The position numbers and the translations under genes were made by a program. A stretch of 64,000 nt of DNA from an uncultured bacterium (GTDB lineage Bacteria > Chloroflexota > UBA5177 > JANWHV01): contig CAVSOU010000011.1 in assembly GCA_963729625.1 (NCBI GenBank), positions 224,001 to 288,000 on the forward strand, written 5' to 3'. Positions 10,458 through 19,537 of the stretch are shown here, piece after piece. Under the pieces are notes generated by a model. That model was given only the letters and a program-made list of their open reading frames with translations, was not told the origin of the DNA and made no database searches. Each line of letters starts with the position of its first letter. Position 1 is the first letter of the stretch.

Positions 10458-11465
10458 TCAATAGAGCCAGCACCTCACCTTGATTCCACCCTCAATCGTC
10501 TTTAGGTCCGGCTCTTTCTCAGTGCAGATGCCCATCACCTGGGAGCATCGGGGCGCAAACGGACAACCTTTGGGCAGGTTGAGCGGACTGGGCACGGTGC
10601 CGGGGATCACGTAGAGCCGTTGGTTCTTGACGCCGAGGCTCGGAATCGAGCTCAGCAAGCCAACAGTATAGGGATGCTTCGGGCTCTTGAGCACGCTGAT
10701 CACGTCGCCCTGCTCCACAACCTTGCCGGTGTACATGACGATGACCTCGTCGGCCATCTCCGCCACAACGCCGATGTCGTGCGTGATCAGCAGAACGGCA
10801 GTGTTCACCTTCGTACGCAGATCTTTGATCAGCTCGAGGATCTGCGCCTGAATGGTCACGTCAAGCGCGGTGGTCGGCTCGTCGGCGATCAGCAGGCTCG
10901 GCTGAAGCGCCAGGGCCATGGCAATCATCACGCGCTGCCGCATTCCACCGCTCATGTTATGCGGGTGATCGTGGATACGCCGTTCGGGCGAAGGGATGCC
11001 GACCATGCGGAACAGGTCGACCACGCGCGTGTCGGCTTCCTTCTTGGACACCTTGCGATGCACGCGTATCGCTTCGCCAACCTGGTTTCCCACGGTGAAG
11101 ACCGGGTTGAGGCTGGTCATCGGTTCCTGAAAGATCATCGAGATGCGGTTGCCGCGAATGTGGCGCATCTGCTCTTCCGACAGCTTCGCCAAATCCTTGC
11201 TGTCGAACATGATCTGTCCACCGGCAATCCAGCCGGGCGGGTCGATCAAGCGCATGATCGAGAGGCTCGTCACGCTCTTGCCGCAGCCCGACTCGCCGAC
11301 CACGCCAAGCGTGCGGCCGGGAGCGATAGCCATGTCCACGCCGTCCACCGCTTTGACGACGCCGTCCATCGTCTTGAAGTAGGTCTTGAGATCGGTCATT
11401 TCCAGCAGGTTGCCGGAGATGTTGCGGCCAGCGCCGGCTTCCCGGGAGTCAACAGAGACGCTAAT
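10458..11465 (-). CDS. oppD: Oligopeptide/dipeptide ABC transporter ATP-binding subunit (probable ATT start at 11465; first ATG at 11399)
   Basis: [36 protein letters not shown]. Confidence 0.92.
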   Translation of the reverse strand: MSVSVDSREAGAGRNISGNLLEMTDLKTYFKTMDGVVKAVDGVDMAIAPGRTLGVVGESGCGKSVTSLSIMRLIDPPGWIAGGQIMFDSKDLAKLSEEQMRHIRGNRISMIFQEPMTSLNPVFTVGNQVGEAIRVHRKVSKKEADTRVVDLFRMVGIPSPERRIHDHPHNMSGGMRQRVMIAMALALQPSLLIADEPTTALDVTIQAQILELIKDLRTKVNTAVLLITHDIGVVAEMADEVIVMYTGKVVEQGDVISVLKSPKHPYTVGLLSSIPSLGVKNQRLYVIPGTVPSPLNLPKGCPFAPRCSQVMGICTEKEPDLKTIEGGIKVRCWLY

Positions 11466-11527
11466 GAGAGAACCTCCTTGGCCACACGGAGTTTACATAA
11501 TGCGAAACATGGGTGAAAGGCATGGTG

Positions 11528-12514
11528 CTAGACCTTCATTCTCACGTCGAGCGCGTCGCTGAGGCCGTCGCCCACGAAATTCACCGCCACGACGGTGAGA
11601 ACCAGGAACACACCGGGCCAGATCGTTACCCACGGCGCCCCGGCGATACCCATTGGATCGGCCTCGGCAAACGAGAGCACCGATCCCCAGCTGGTGTCGG
11701 GGTATTGCAGGCCCACGCCGAGAAAGTCGATTGCCGCTTCCGTAATGATGTTGCCGGCCACGGCGAGTGTCGTGGCAACAAGTATTGGGCGCAGCGCATT
11801 CGGCAGCATGTGCCTGAACATGATGCGTGAGTTGGAGACGCCTACCGCCCGCGCGGCTTCCGTGTACTCCGCTGACCGCAGCGTGAGGAACGAGGCGCGC
11901 AGCAGGCGAGCGATGTAGGCCCAGCCGAAGAAGGCGAGAATGCCGATCACCAGCAGCACCGACGTGTGGCCGCCGCCGACAATTGCCGCCGCCACGAGCA
12001 GGACGGGCAGGAACGGCAGGGCCAGAAAGATGTCCACGAGGCGCATTAGCACCGAATCGACCCAGCCGCCAAAGTAGCCGGCAACCGCGCCGATCACGAC
12101 GCCGAACAGCGACGCGCTGATCGCGGCGCTGAACCCGATCAGCAGCGAGAAGCGTGCGCCGTACATGATCTGCGAGGAGATACTGTGGCCGTTGTAGTCG
12201 GTTCCCATGGCATAGCGCAGTCCCTGAGAGAGAGTGGGCGCCATGTCGGTGAGCAGCAAGTTGGCGGCGTTCGGATCGTAGATATTCTCGGGCGCGAACC
12301 ATTGCGCGGTGATCGCCATCAGCGCCATGAACAGCAGAATGATCGAACCGACCATCGCCAGGCGATGCCGCCGGAATCGCATCCAGGCCAGCTGTAGCTG
12401 AGTGAGCTGCTTGGTCTCGATGCGCTCGAGACTTGACTGCGCGATCTGGGCCGCGCTGGGCCCTGGCGCCGGTGCGCCCAGCACGTTGGGCGTATCCTTC
12501 TCTCCTGCAGCCAC
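11528..12514 (-). CDS. oppC: Oligopeptide ABC transporter permease
   Basis: RFRRHRLAMVG, MGTDYNG, EAARAVG, HMLPN. A GTG start with SD GAGGGAG is likely. Confidence 0.92.
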   Translation of the reverse strand: MAAGEKDTPNVLGAPAPGPSAAQIAQSSLERIETKQLTQLQLAWMRFRRHRLAMVGSIILLFMALMAITAQWFAPENIYDPNAANLLLTDMAPTLSQGLRYAMGTDYNGHSISSQIMYGARFSLLIGFSAAISASLFGVVIGAVAGYFGGWVDSVLMRLVDIFLALPFLPVLLVAAAIVGGGHTSVLLVIGILAFFGWAYIARLLRASFLTLRSAEYTEAARAVGVSNSRIMFRHMLPNALRPILVATTLAVAGNIITEAAIDFLGVGLQYPDTSWGSVLSFAEADPMGIAGAPWVTIWPGVFLVLTVVAVNFVGDGLSDALDVRMKV

Positions 12515-12560
12515 GCTGTTCTCCCTCTGAGGGGTATTGCTCGTTCGCTTTGCCATCGGA

Positions 12561-13574
12561 CTAGTCGTACCTGATGCGCGGGTCGACCCAGGCGTAGGTG
12601 AGGTCGCCGAGCAGATTGCCAACAAGGACCCCCAGGGCGCTGATCATCAGGAGCGCCTGCAACAGCGGGTAGTCCTGTGCGCCGAGTGCCTCGTAGAACA
12701 GTCTCCCCATACCGGGCCAGCCAAAAATCGTCTCCGTGATGATCGCGCCGCCGACCAGGGCCGGCAGGTTGATCGCGATATTGGTGATAATCGGGAGCAG
12801 CGCGTTGCGCAACGCGTGTTTGAGCACCACGGTCCGTCGCTTGAGTCCCTTCGCACGGGCAGTGCGGATGTAATCCTGGTTGATTACCTCGAGCATGCTG
12901 GCGCGCATGAACCGGCTGTCGTTGGCAACCTGAATGATGGCCAGGACCGCGGCAGGCAGAGCCAGGTGGCGCAGCAGGTCGAGTCCGGCATGAGCGGGGT
13001 GGCCGAAGAAGTACGACCAATAGCCTGTGGCGTTGAACGGGGGAATGTTGGCAGTGTCGCCGATGATGCCGCCGGCAGGCAGCCAACCGGCCCACACTGC
13101 GAAAATCAGGATCAGAATTCCGGAGAGCCAGAACGAAGGCATCGAGAGCCCGATGTAGCTCATCACGGTGAACAGTGTGTCGAAAAACGAGTAGCGGCGC
13201 AACGCGGCGAAGATGCCAAGCGGAATCGCTATGCACTCGGCAATGAGATAGGACAGTCCGCCAAGGAGCAGCGTCGCCGGCATGCGCTCGAGAATCTCCT
13301 GCGAGACCGGCCGGCCCTCGCCGATGCTGAGGCCGAGGTCGCCGTGCGCGACGTTTCCTGCCCACTTGAGATACTGCACCGGCAGCGGTTGGTCCAGGCC
13401 AAGATGCACGATACAGCCATGGTAGCGTTGCTGCTGCGCGACCGTGGCGCCGACCGTCTGCAGCGAGTTACAGGGCCCGCCGGGCGCGATGTGAAGCAGT
13501 ACAAAGAAAAATATCGACAGCCCGAACAATATCAGCAACGTCTGAAGCAGGCGCCTCGCGATGAACGTTCCCAT
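12561..13574 (-). CDS. oppB: Oligopeptide ABC transporter permease
   Basis: GLDQPLPVQY, GDLGLS, DYIRTARAKGL, ETIFGWPGMG, DPRIRY. Confidence 0.94.
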   Translation of the reverse strand: MGTFIARRLLQTLLILFGLSIFFFVLLHIAPGGPCNSLQTVGATVAQQQRYHGCIVHLGLDQPLPVQYLKWAGNVAHGDLGLSIGEGRPVSQEILERMPATLLLGGLSYLIAECIAIPLGIFAALRRYSFFDTLFTVMSYIGLSMPSFWLSGILILIFAVWAGWLPAGGIIGDTANIPPFNATGYWSYFFGHPAHAGLDLLRHLALPAAVLAIIQVANDSRFMRASMLEVINQDYIRTARAKGLKRRTVVLKHALRNALLPIITNIAINLPALVGGAIITETIFGWPGMGRLFYEALGAQDYPLLQALLMISALGVLVGNLLGDLTYAWVDPRIRYD

Positions 13575-13804
13575 TGATTCCCGTCCCTATCGCTCGGAAG
13601 AGTACTATCTGGCCCGCAAGTGGCGTCCATCCACGACGCGCTCCGGCGGGTACCCCGGCCCGAGGCCGGCCGGACCCTGAACGTACTCCAGTGAGCAATC
13701 CCCCCCACCGAAATGCCCGCGACACACGTTCCCACAGGTTGAGCACGGGACTGTGCGCGAGTATACAAGAAGCATACATACCATTATGACAAAAAGGGCG
13801 TTGA

Positions 13805-13828
13805 CAAGGGGGCGAAGCCGCCCCCTTG
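13805..13828 (-). terminator. Stem-loop after oppA (terminator or mRNA stabiliser)
   Basis: Perfect 10-bp stem CAAGGGGGCG/CGCCCCCTTG, 22 bp past the oppA stop. A T-run follows at a short distance. Confidence 0.65.
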
Positions 13829-13850
13829 CCGCGAGCAAAGGCCTGTCAGC

Positions 13851-15707
13851 CTAGGACGACAGGGCTTTCTGGCCGCCGGTGGAGTCGTACCACCATTCAA
13901 ATGCATTCCACTCGTTGCCGGCCTGCGTGGAGTTCGGCTTGAAGTTGCCGATCGTGCCCTTAAAGGCAATGATGTTCGGCCGGTTGTACAACGAGATGTT
14001 GTACGCCTGCTGGATCATGTAGTTCTGATAACTGGAGTAGTCTGCCTGGCGCTTGGCGTTGTCCAGGGTAACGCGCGCGTCCATGAAGAACTGCACCAGC
14101 TTGGGATCCCGTACCTGGATGTAATTCACTCCGTTGGGGCTTGCGGCGCTGCCGATCTGGGAGGGCAGGAAGTTCTGCACTGCCTGGTCGGGGTCGGGGC
14201 TGGTGGTGAAGGCAAACTCCGTGATGTCGAAGAAGTGCCGCGAGAGGATGCCGCCGTCCTGATAGCTGTCGAACAGGCCGTTACCGTTGCTGCCGTACGC
14301 CGGCACGTAGCGGATCTTGATGTTGATGCCGACCTGTCCCCAGATGCGCTGCAACAGCTGGGCGCTGCGGATGCGTGTGGCGTTGTTCGAAGTGGTGAAC
14401 GTCAGACTCAGGTGATTGCCGCTGCTCCCCGGCGAGTTGGCGTAGCCGGCGGCAGCCAGCAGCGATTGAGCCTTGGCCTTGTCAAAGGGGTTGAGCGGAA
14501 GCTGGCCGTTGATCGACCACGGCGAGACGGCCGGAAGCGGCGAGGTCAGGGCGATCTGCTTCCAGTCCTTAACCGCAGGGAATTCGGCGTTCAAGTAGGC
14601 CTGCTTGTTGATGGCGTAGTAGATCGCCTGCCGCACGCGCACGTCCTTGAGGGCAGGATTGCCCGGCGCTGCCTCGTTGATCTCGAGGTGCTCGTAGGAC
14701 AACGCAGGGGACAGCGTGACATTGTACTTGGACTTGTAGAGACTGGCCAGGTCCGTCAGCTGGAAGTCCTCGGCCTTGTCGAGCGAGTTGTACGTATCGC
14801 TGGCCTGCAGAGCCTGCGTAAGAGCGGCTTCGCTCGACGAGACTTCGACAAACTGAATCTTGGCCACGCGCGGGTGGTTAGGATCCGCGGGCAGAATGTT
14901 GTAGTTCGGGTTCGGCACCAGCGTGATGCGCTGACCCGACGTCCAGTCGCCCAGCATGTACGGGCCGTTGAAGACATCCTTGGGCGAGATGTAGCTGTCG
15001 CTCAGCCAGGCGTTGATCAGCTTCTGGAACGACGATCCCTTGTAGCTGCTGCCACTGAAATACGCCGATACGGCAGCGTAGGTGTAGTTGGACAGCAGAT
15101 CACTGGGGAATGTGCCGCCGTACTTGGCCTGGAAATAGTGGACCGGGACAGGCGTCGTCACGTTTGGCAGGCCCGGCTGGCCGTACGACAGGGCCGGCGC
15201 ATACAACCCGCTGTAGGTAATCGCCATGTTGTCGCCGGTGAAGACGATCGACTTGATGCGCGCATATGGGTCAACCTGGTTCACTTCCGGAGCCAGGTCC
15301 AGCAGCAGAGGCGCCACCATGTCCGCGTGGGTGATCGCCTGGCCATCCGACCACTTCATGTTGGGCCTGAGGTTATAGGTGACGACTTCGTTGCCGCTCA
15401 CCTCCTTGATACCGCCGTTGGCGGTGCTCGGCACCTGCGTCACCATGTCGGCGTAGAAATTGCCTTTTGAGTTGAGGCCGAGATAGCTGTCGGCCAGCGC
15501 CCCTACCACCTCGAAGTCGGCGACCGACGCTGCCTGGTTGCCGCCCATGTTGGTCTCAGCCGGGAACTGCCAATCGGTGATGGCGACAGTGCCGGCATAG
15601 CTGGCTTTAGCTGCGGCGGCGTGGGCTGAGCTCACCGGTAGCGTCGTGGCGACGGTTCCCAGCAAGACGAGCGCCGTCGTCAAAACCGCGATTCTCCTAT
15701 GAAGCAT
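13851..15707 (-). CDS. oppA: Peptide ABC transporter substrate-binding protein (family 5)
   Basis: Signal peptide, NMKWSDGQAIT, NGPYMLGDW, DVRVRQAIYYAINK; sits in the opp operon. Confidence 0.9.
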   Translation of the reverse strand: MLHRRIAVLTTALVLLGTVATTLPVSSAHAAAAKASYAGTVAITDWQFPAETNMGGNQAASVADFEVVGALADSYLGLNSKGNFYADMVTQVPSTANGGIKEVSGNEVVTYNLRPNMKWSDGQAITHADMVAPLLLDLAPEVNQVDPYARIKSIVFTGDNMAITYSGLYAPALSYGQPGLPNVTTPVPVHYFQAKYGGTFPSDLLSNYTYAAVSAYFSGSSYKGSSFQKLINAWLSDSYISPKDVFNGPYMLGDWTSGQRITLVPNPNYNILPADPNHPRVAKIQFVEVSSSEAALTQALQASDTYNSLDKAEDFQLTDLASLYKSKYNVTLSPALSYEHLEINEAAPGNPALKDVRVRQAIYYAINKQAYLNAEFPAVKDWKQIALTSPLPAVSPWSINGQLPLNPFDKAKAQSLLAAAGYANSPGSSGNHLSLTFTTSNNATRIRSAQLLQRIWGQVGINIKIRYVPAYGSNGNGLFDSYQDGGILSRHFFDITEFAFTTSPDPDQAVQNFLPSQIGSAASPNGVNYIQVRDPKLVQFFMDARVTLDNAKRQADYSSYQNYMIQQAYNISLYNRPNIIAFKGTIGNFKPNSTQAGNEWNAFEWWYDSTGGQKALSS

Positions 15708-15810
15708 TGAGGCTCCCTCTTCCATATCTGCAAATCAGTGGCGCGTGTAGTGATGCACTGGTTCAGTCCCAACCCCGAACACCTTCGAGCCTGGCGTACG
15801 ATCGCATACG

Positions 15811-16467
15811 TTACATCGGTATTGGTCCATAGCTCGGCGTATACAGTCCCCGCCCAGCATCACCCCCCTTCGATTCAGCGGTCGCCTGCCTCAGCAATTC
15901 GTCCAAGCGATCCGTTGGCAGAAGCTCGGCACCAACTTGACTCAGCGGGACCGCGGAGTCCAGATCATAAGCCACCTCAGAGACCAACAGCGCAGGCACT
16001 TCGTGGCCGCGCACCCTGGCATACTTGACCGGCAGTTTCGCCGAGCATGGACCGCACGGACCGGGCGAGCTCGTTGTGGCGGTGGGAGCGCTAGCCTGAA
16101 ACACACCCGAATGCAGCAGCCCAACGCGGCCCACGAGCAGCGACGTGACGACCAGAAGCGCGGCAATACCGATACCGGCGCGGGCAATCACCGCCGTCAG
16201 CCGCGGGATACCACGGGATCGTCGATAGGCGCGAGCGACGCGCTCGCTCAGATCGGGCGGGACCCAGCGGTCGTCAAGAGCCGATTGGAGGAGCCTTCGG
16301 GTGTTCCGATGCCGTGCGAGCGCCGCCTGGCACCTGCCGCATGTCGCCAGGTGCAACTGCAGGAACTCACGTTGCGCCGGCACGGTCTCCCCATCAGCGT
16401 AGGCGGATACGAGGTCGTCAAACTCAGGGCAGCCCAGCAAGCCTTGCCTCCGTTCGTGCGTCGTCAT
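15811..16467 (-). CDS. Zinc-finger (zf-HC2) anti-sigma factor with one TM helix
   Basis: CPEFDDLVSAYADGE...HLATCGRC (HxxxCxxC), then a TM segment; immediately follows the ECF sigma gene. Confidence 0.85.
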   Translation of the reverse strand: MTTHERRQGLLGCPEFDDLVSAYADGETVPAQREFLQLHLATCGRCQAALARHRNTRRLLQSALDDRWVPPDLSERVARAYRRSRGIPRLTAVIARAGIGIAALLVVTSLLVGRVGLLHSGVFQASAPTATTSSPGPCGPCSAKLPVKYARVRGHEVPALLVSEVAYDLDSAVPLSQVGAELLPTDRLDELLRQATAESKGGDAGRGLYTPSYGPIPM

Positions 16468-16990
16468 AGAGCTCCCGGAACTGTTCTTTGGCCCTGGCGA
16501 TGCGCTTCCGGGCGCCCTCGGGCGTGGTTCCTACGATCTCGGCAACCTCGGCGTAGTTGAAGCCTTCCTTCACGTGCAGCAGCAGACACGCGGCACGATC
16601 TCGCGGCATCCGCATCAACGCATATAGTACTGACTCGCGCTCCATGATCTGATCGTCCGGGGCCGACGAAGCGGCATGTACGCTGTTCTCGAAATCCGAC
16701 AGGCAGTGGACGCGCAGTCGTCCGGCTTTGGTACGCGCCCGCACCGCAAGGCGCGTGGCGATCCGGTAGAGCCAGGCGCTCAAGGCGATCTCGGACCTGA
16801 GAGAATGGATACCGCGGAACGCATTGACGAACGTGTCCTGCGTCAGGTCCATGGCCAGCTCGGGGTCATTGACCAGGCGATTGATGTAGCGCGCGATGCG
16901 CCCTTGATATTGGCGCACGATGGCGTCAAATGGATCGCTTCTCGTGCCGACAACTGCCCAGCCTGCGCTGGTCACGTCCGTGTTGACCAT
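16424..16990 (-). CDS. ECF-family RNA polymerase sigma factor
   Basis: Region 2 DLTQDTFVNAF...AWLYRIA; region 4 GFNYAEVAEIVG. Confidence 0.9.
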   Translation of the reverse strand: MVNTDVTSAGWAVVGTRSDPFDAIVRQYQGRIARYINRLVNDPELAMDLTQDTFVNAFRGIHSLRSEIALSAWLYRIATRLAVRARTKAGRLRVHCLSDFENSVHAASSAPDDQIMERESVLYALMRMPRDRAACLLLHVKEGFNYAEVAEIVGTTPEGARKRIARAKEQFRELYDDARTEARLAGLP

Positions 16991-17140
16991 ACCCACCCCT
17001 TGACCAAACAACCCCGGCATACTCTACAGAGCCTGTCCAGGGCTCGATCCGGACACCGTGTCGCGAATTTGACGGATATCACGCTCCGGGCAACGATCGC
17101 TGCTCAGTCTCGAGGTCCGCCCGCGGCCGGAAACCAGGGA

Positions 17141-18229
17141 TCAGCGAGTTCTCTTCTGTGACGAAGCGTACGCTTGCGGTCGTTGCATGCGCTGGCCCGA
17201 GGAGGGGGTTCGGCGCACGATACGCATGATTGCCAGTGCCAACACTGCCAGAACGAGGAGCACAACGAATCCGCCGCCAATCACGGACCGGATGGTCGAC
17301 GACCTGCTGTTGTCGTCCGCTTGATTGAGGATCGCCCGTCCTATCCCCGTGGCAAGCTGGGCCGGCATTGCCATGCTGTTTGCCTTGAGCTGCTGTGCGA
17401 CCAGGTTGGCGATCGACCCGCTGTCCAGTCTGTTGCTGGCGGCAGCGGCCAGTTGCGGCGTGACCACCACCACGATGCCGCTCGGCAGGTTAAGCCGGGC
17501 AAGCAGGTCCTGAGCATAGTCCGTCAGGCGCGTGTACGGTGCAGGCGTGGCGTCGAGGAACACGAACTTCACTACCGTGTTTGACTGGTCGGTAGCATCG
17601 TTGGCAAACTGCACGATCTGGCCCTGATCGGCCACGCTGACTCGCGAGGCCATGCCGGGCGCGACGAAGTAGGCTTGCTGCGGATCCTGAAACACGGAGT
17701 ATGCCGACTGCGCTTCCTGCTGAGCAGCCTGGGCAGGTGAAACCGTACCGGCTGTCATGGTCGCGTTTTTCATCGCCGCGGGCGGGCCCACGTCGTACGC
17801 GCCCGCTTGCTCCAGTGCGTTCAACTCCTGCGTCGCCGAAGGATTGGACGTGCTGAACGCCGGGTCCGAGAGCGCCTTCGCCACGGCCCAGGCGGCGTTG
17901 CTGAGCTGCTTCGTCTGTTTGAAAGCCAGGCCAAGCTGATAATACGTAGCCGGGTCGTTGTGACCGTGGAGTATTGCCTGCTCGTAGTCGGTAACGGCCG
18001 TCCGATAGTCTCCGTGCCGCGCTGCTGCCTGCGCCTGGCTGTAGTAGCTCGCGCCTCCAGTCGCCGCGCGAGCGCTGTTCGGCGTTCCGGCAGCACCCAG
18101 CACCATACAGACAGCCAACAACGCTGCGCACGCCTCGCGCCGCCACCCGCGCGTGCAGGTTCGTCTCACGTTGCCTAACCCCCAGGTGCTCTCGCCACCA
18201 CGTGAAAGCAAGCATACGGGCGGCCGCAT
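17141..18229 (-). CDS. Exported TPR-containing protein with a TPM-like domain and C-terminal TM anchor
   Basis: Signal-like segment, TPR-like helices (YRTAVTDYEQAI...YYQLGLAF) and a C-terminal hydrophobic helix followed by basic residues. The start is uncertain. Confidence 0.65.
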   Translation of the reverse strand: MRPPVCLLSRGGESTWGLGNVRRTCTRGWRREACAALLAVCMVLGAAGTPNSARAATGGASYYSQAQAAARHGDYRTAVTDYEQAILHGHNDPATYYQLGLAFKQTKQLSNAAWAVAKALSDPAFSTSNPSATQELNALEQAGAYDVGPPAAMKNATMTAGTVSPAQAAQQEAQSAYSVFQDPQQAYFVAPGMASRVSVADQGQIVQFANDATDQSNTVVKFVFLDATPAPYTRLTDYAQDLLARLNLPSGIVVVVTPQLAAAASNRLDSGSIANLVAQQLKANSMAMPAQLATGIGRAILNQADDNSRSSTIRSVIGGGFVVLLVLAVLALAIMRIVRRTPSSGQRMQRPQAYASSQKRTR

Positions 18230-18363
18230 GAATCACACATGACCGGACCAGTCCGCTGATTACAGGCAGTGTAGCAGGTCCCGGCAAGGCGTTATGACGA
18301 TGTCCGCGCCCCGAAGTAGCGCCAGGCAAGGTCACGAGGCTGAGGTACGCTCACGCGTGCAGA

Positions 18364-19152
18364 TCAACCACGACGCCTCCGGCCCCGCGCCGCCGGAGTT
18401 GGCGGCTGCTTCGAGCTTTCCATCGCCAGTGGTTCGTGCTCGGGAATGCCGGGCCGCCGCGGCAGCCCGCTCGGCGTGGCGGCCACCTTGCGATAACGAA
18501 CCAGGCAGCGCGCATCGCTGTCCCCCGACACCACAGGGACTACGGTTGGCGGTGATGCGCCGAGGATCACCCGTGCGGGCTCGGCGTCCTCGAGCTCGCG
18601 GTCCAGGGCGGTGGTTCCCTTATAGAGGATCACCGTTCCCAGCTGGCGCACGAACGGGAGCGTGAGCTCAAGCAGGGCAGCCGTGCGCGCCACGGCACGC
18701 GCCACGCAGAGGTCATACACTGCGCGGTGACCGCGATCGTGGCCGACCTCCTCCGCGCGACCTCGCACTACTCGCGCGTTGGCAAGGCCCAGGCTCGCTA
18801 TTGCCAGCTCAACAAAGCGCACCTTCTTCGTCGTGACTTCCAGCAGCGAGAGCTTCCACGCGGGAAAGGCAATTGCCAGCGGTATGCCAGGGATCCCGGC
18901 GCCTGTGCCGACGTCGAGACAGGCGTACGCCGCCGCGTCCGGGTGCTCGGGCAGCGCGAGCGCAATCGTCAGAGCGTCGAGGAAATGTCGCGACCACAGC
19001 GCTTCGATGGCGCTCGGACCAAGCAGGTTGAACCGCTGGCTCCACTCGATCAGTAACTCCGCGTACGCTTCGAACATCGCGGCCTGGCTGCCGTCAAGCG
19101 AGACGCCGAGACCGGCAGCGCCATCCGCAAGCAGCGCGAAGCTTTCCTTCAC
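18364..19152 (-). CDS. rsmG: 16S rRNA (guanine527-N7)-methyltransferase
   Basis: RHFLDAL, LDVGTGAGIPGIPLAI, GRAEE, ARAVA, PRRPGIP. Confidence 0.95.
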   Translation of the reverse strand: MKESFALLADGAAGLGVSLDGSQAAMFEAYAELLIEWSQRFNLLGPSAIEALWSRHFLDALTIALALPEHPDAAAYACLDVGTGAGIPGIPLAIAFPAWKLSLLEVTTKKVRFVELAIASLGLANARVVRGRAEEVGHDRGHRAVYDLCVARAVARTAALLELTLPFVRQLGTVILYKGTTALDRELEDAEPARVILGASPPTVVPVVSGDSDARCLVRYRKVAATPSGLPRRPGIPEHEPLAMESSKQPPTPAARGRRRRG

Positions 19153-19213
19153 CTGTCCACGCTCCCGCCATTCACCGCAGATCGTTCACAGCCACGGCCT
19201 GAGTATATTCCGA

Positions 19214-19331
19214 AGCCTCCGCTTGAAAGCGGATGGCAGGACCGATACCGGACGAATCCGGGTGCGAGGGCGGGGCGAGTTCCCGGATTCATCCGGCCTT
19301 CCTTGTCTCCATACGGATTCATCCGGAGGCT
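19214..19331. repeat. Compact palindromic element (REP- or IS200/IS605-end-like)
   Basis: 15-bp inverted repeat at 19248-19262/19282-19296, a second CGGATTCATCCGG copy at 19314-19326, and outer stem AGCCTCCG/CGGAGGCT. Confidence 0.55.
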
Positions 19332-19537
19332 ATGGCCAACCACTTGCAGGCCATGGGTTCGCGGGATATCCGGGTTGCGGTGTATTCTCCGCGCTGCTAT
19401 GGTACACGCGGAATGTCGCGGTGCTGATACTGCGACATCGGTTGATCATGGTTTATTGGCCGCCGCCTGTACTGCGTACGATAGCAGGATCGCAGGACAG
19501 GCCGGATCTATTGGCATGCATGCGTCCGTGGTAAACG

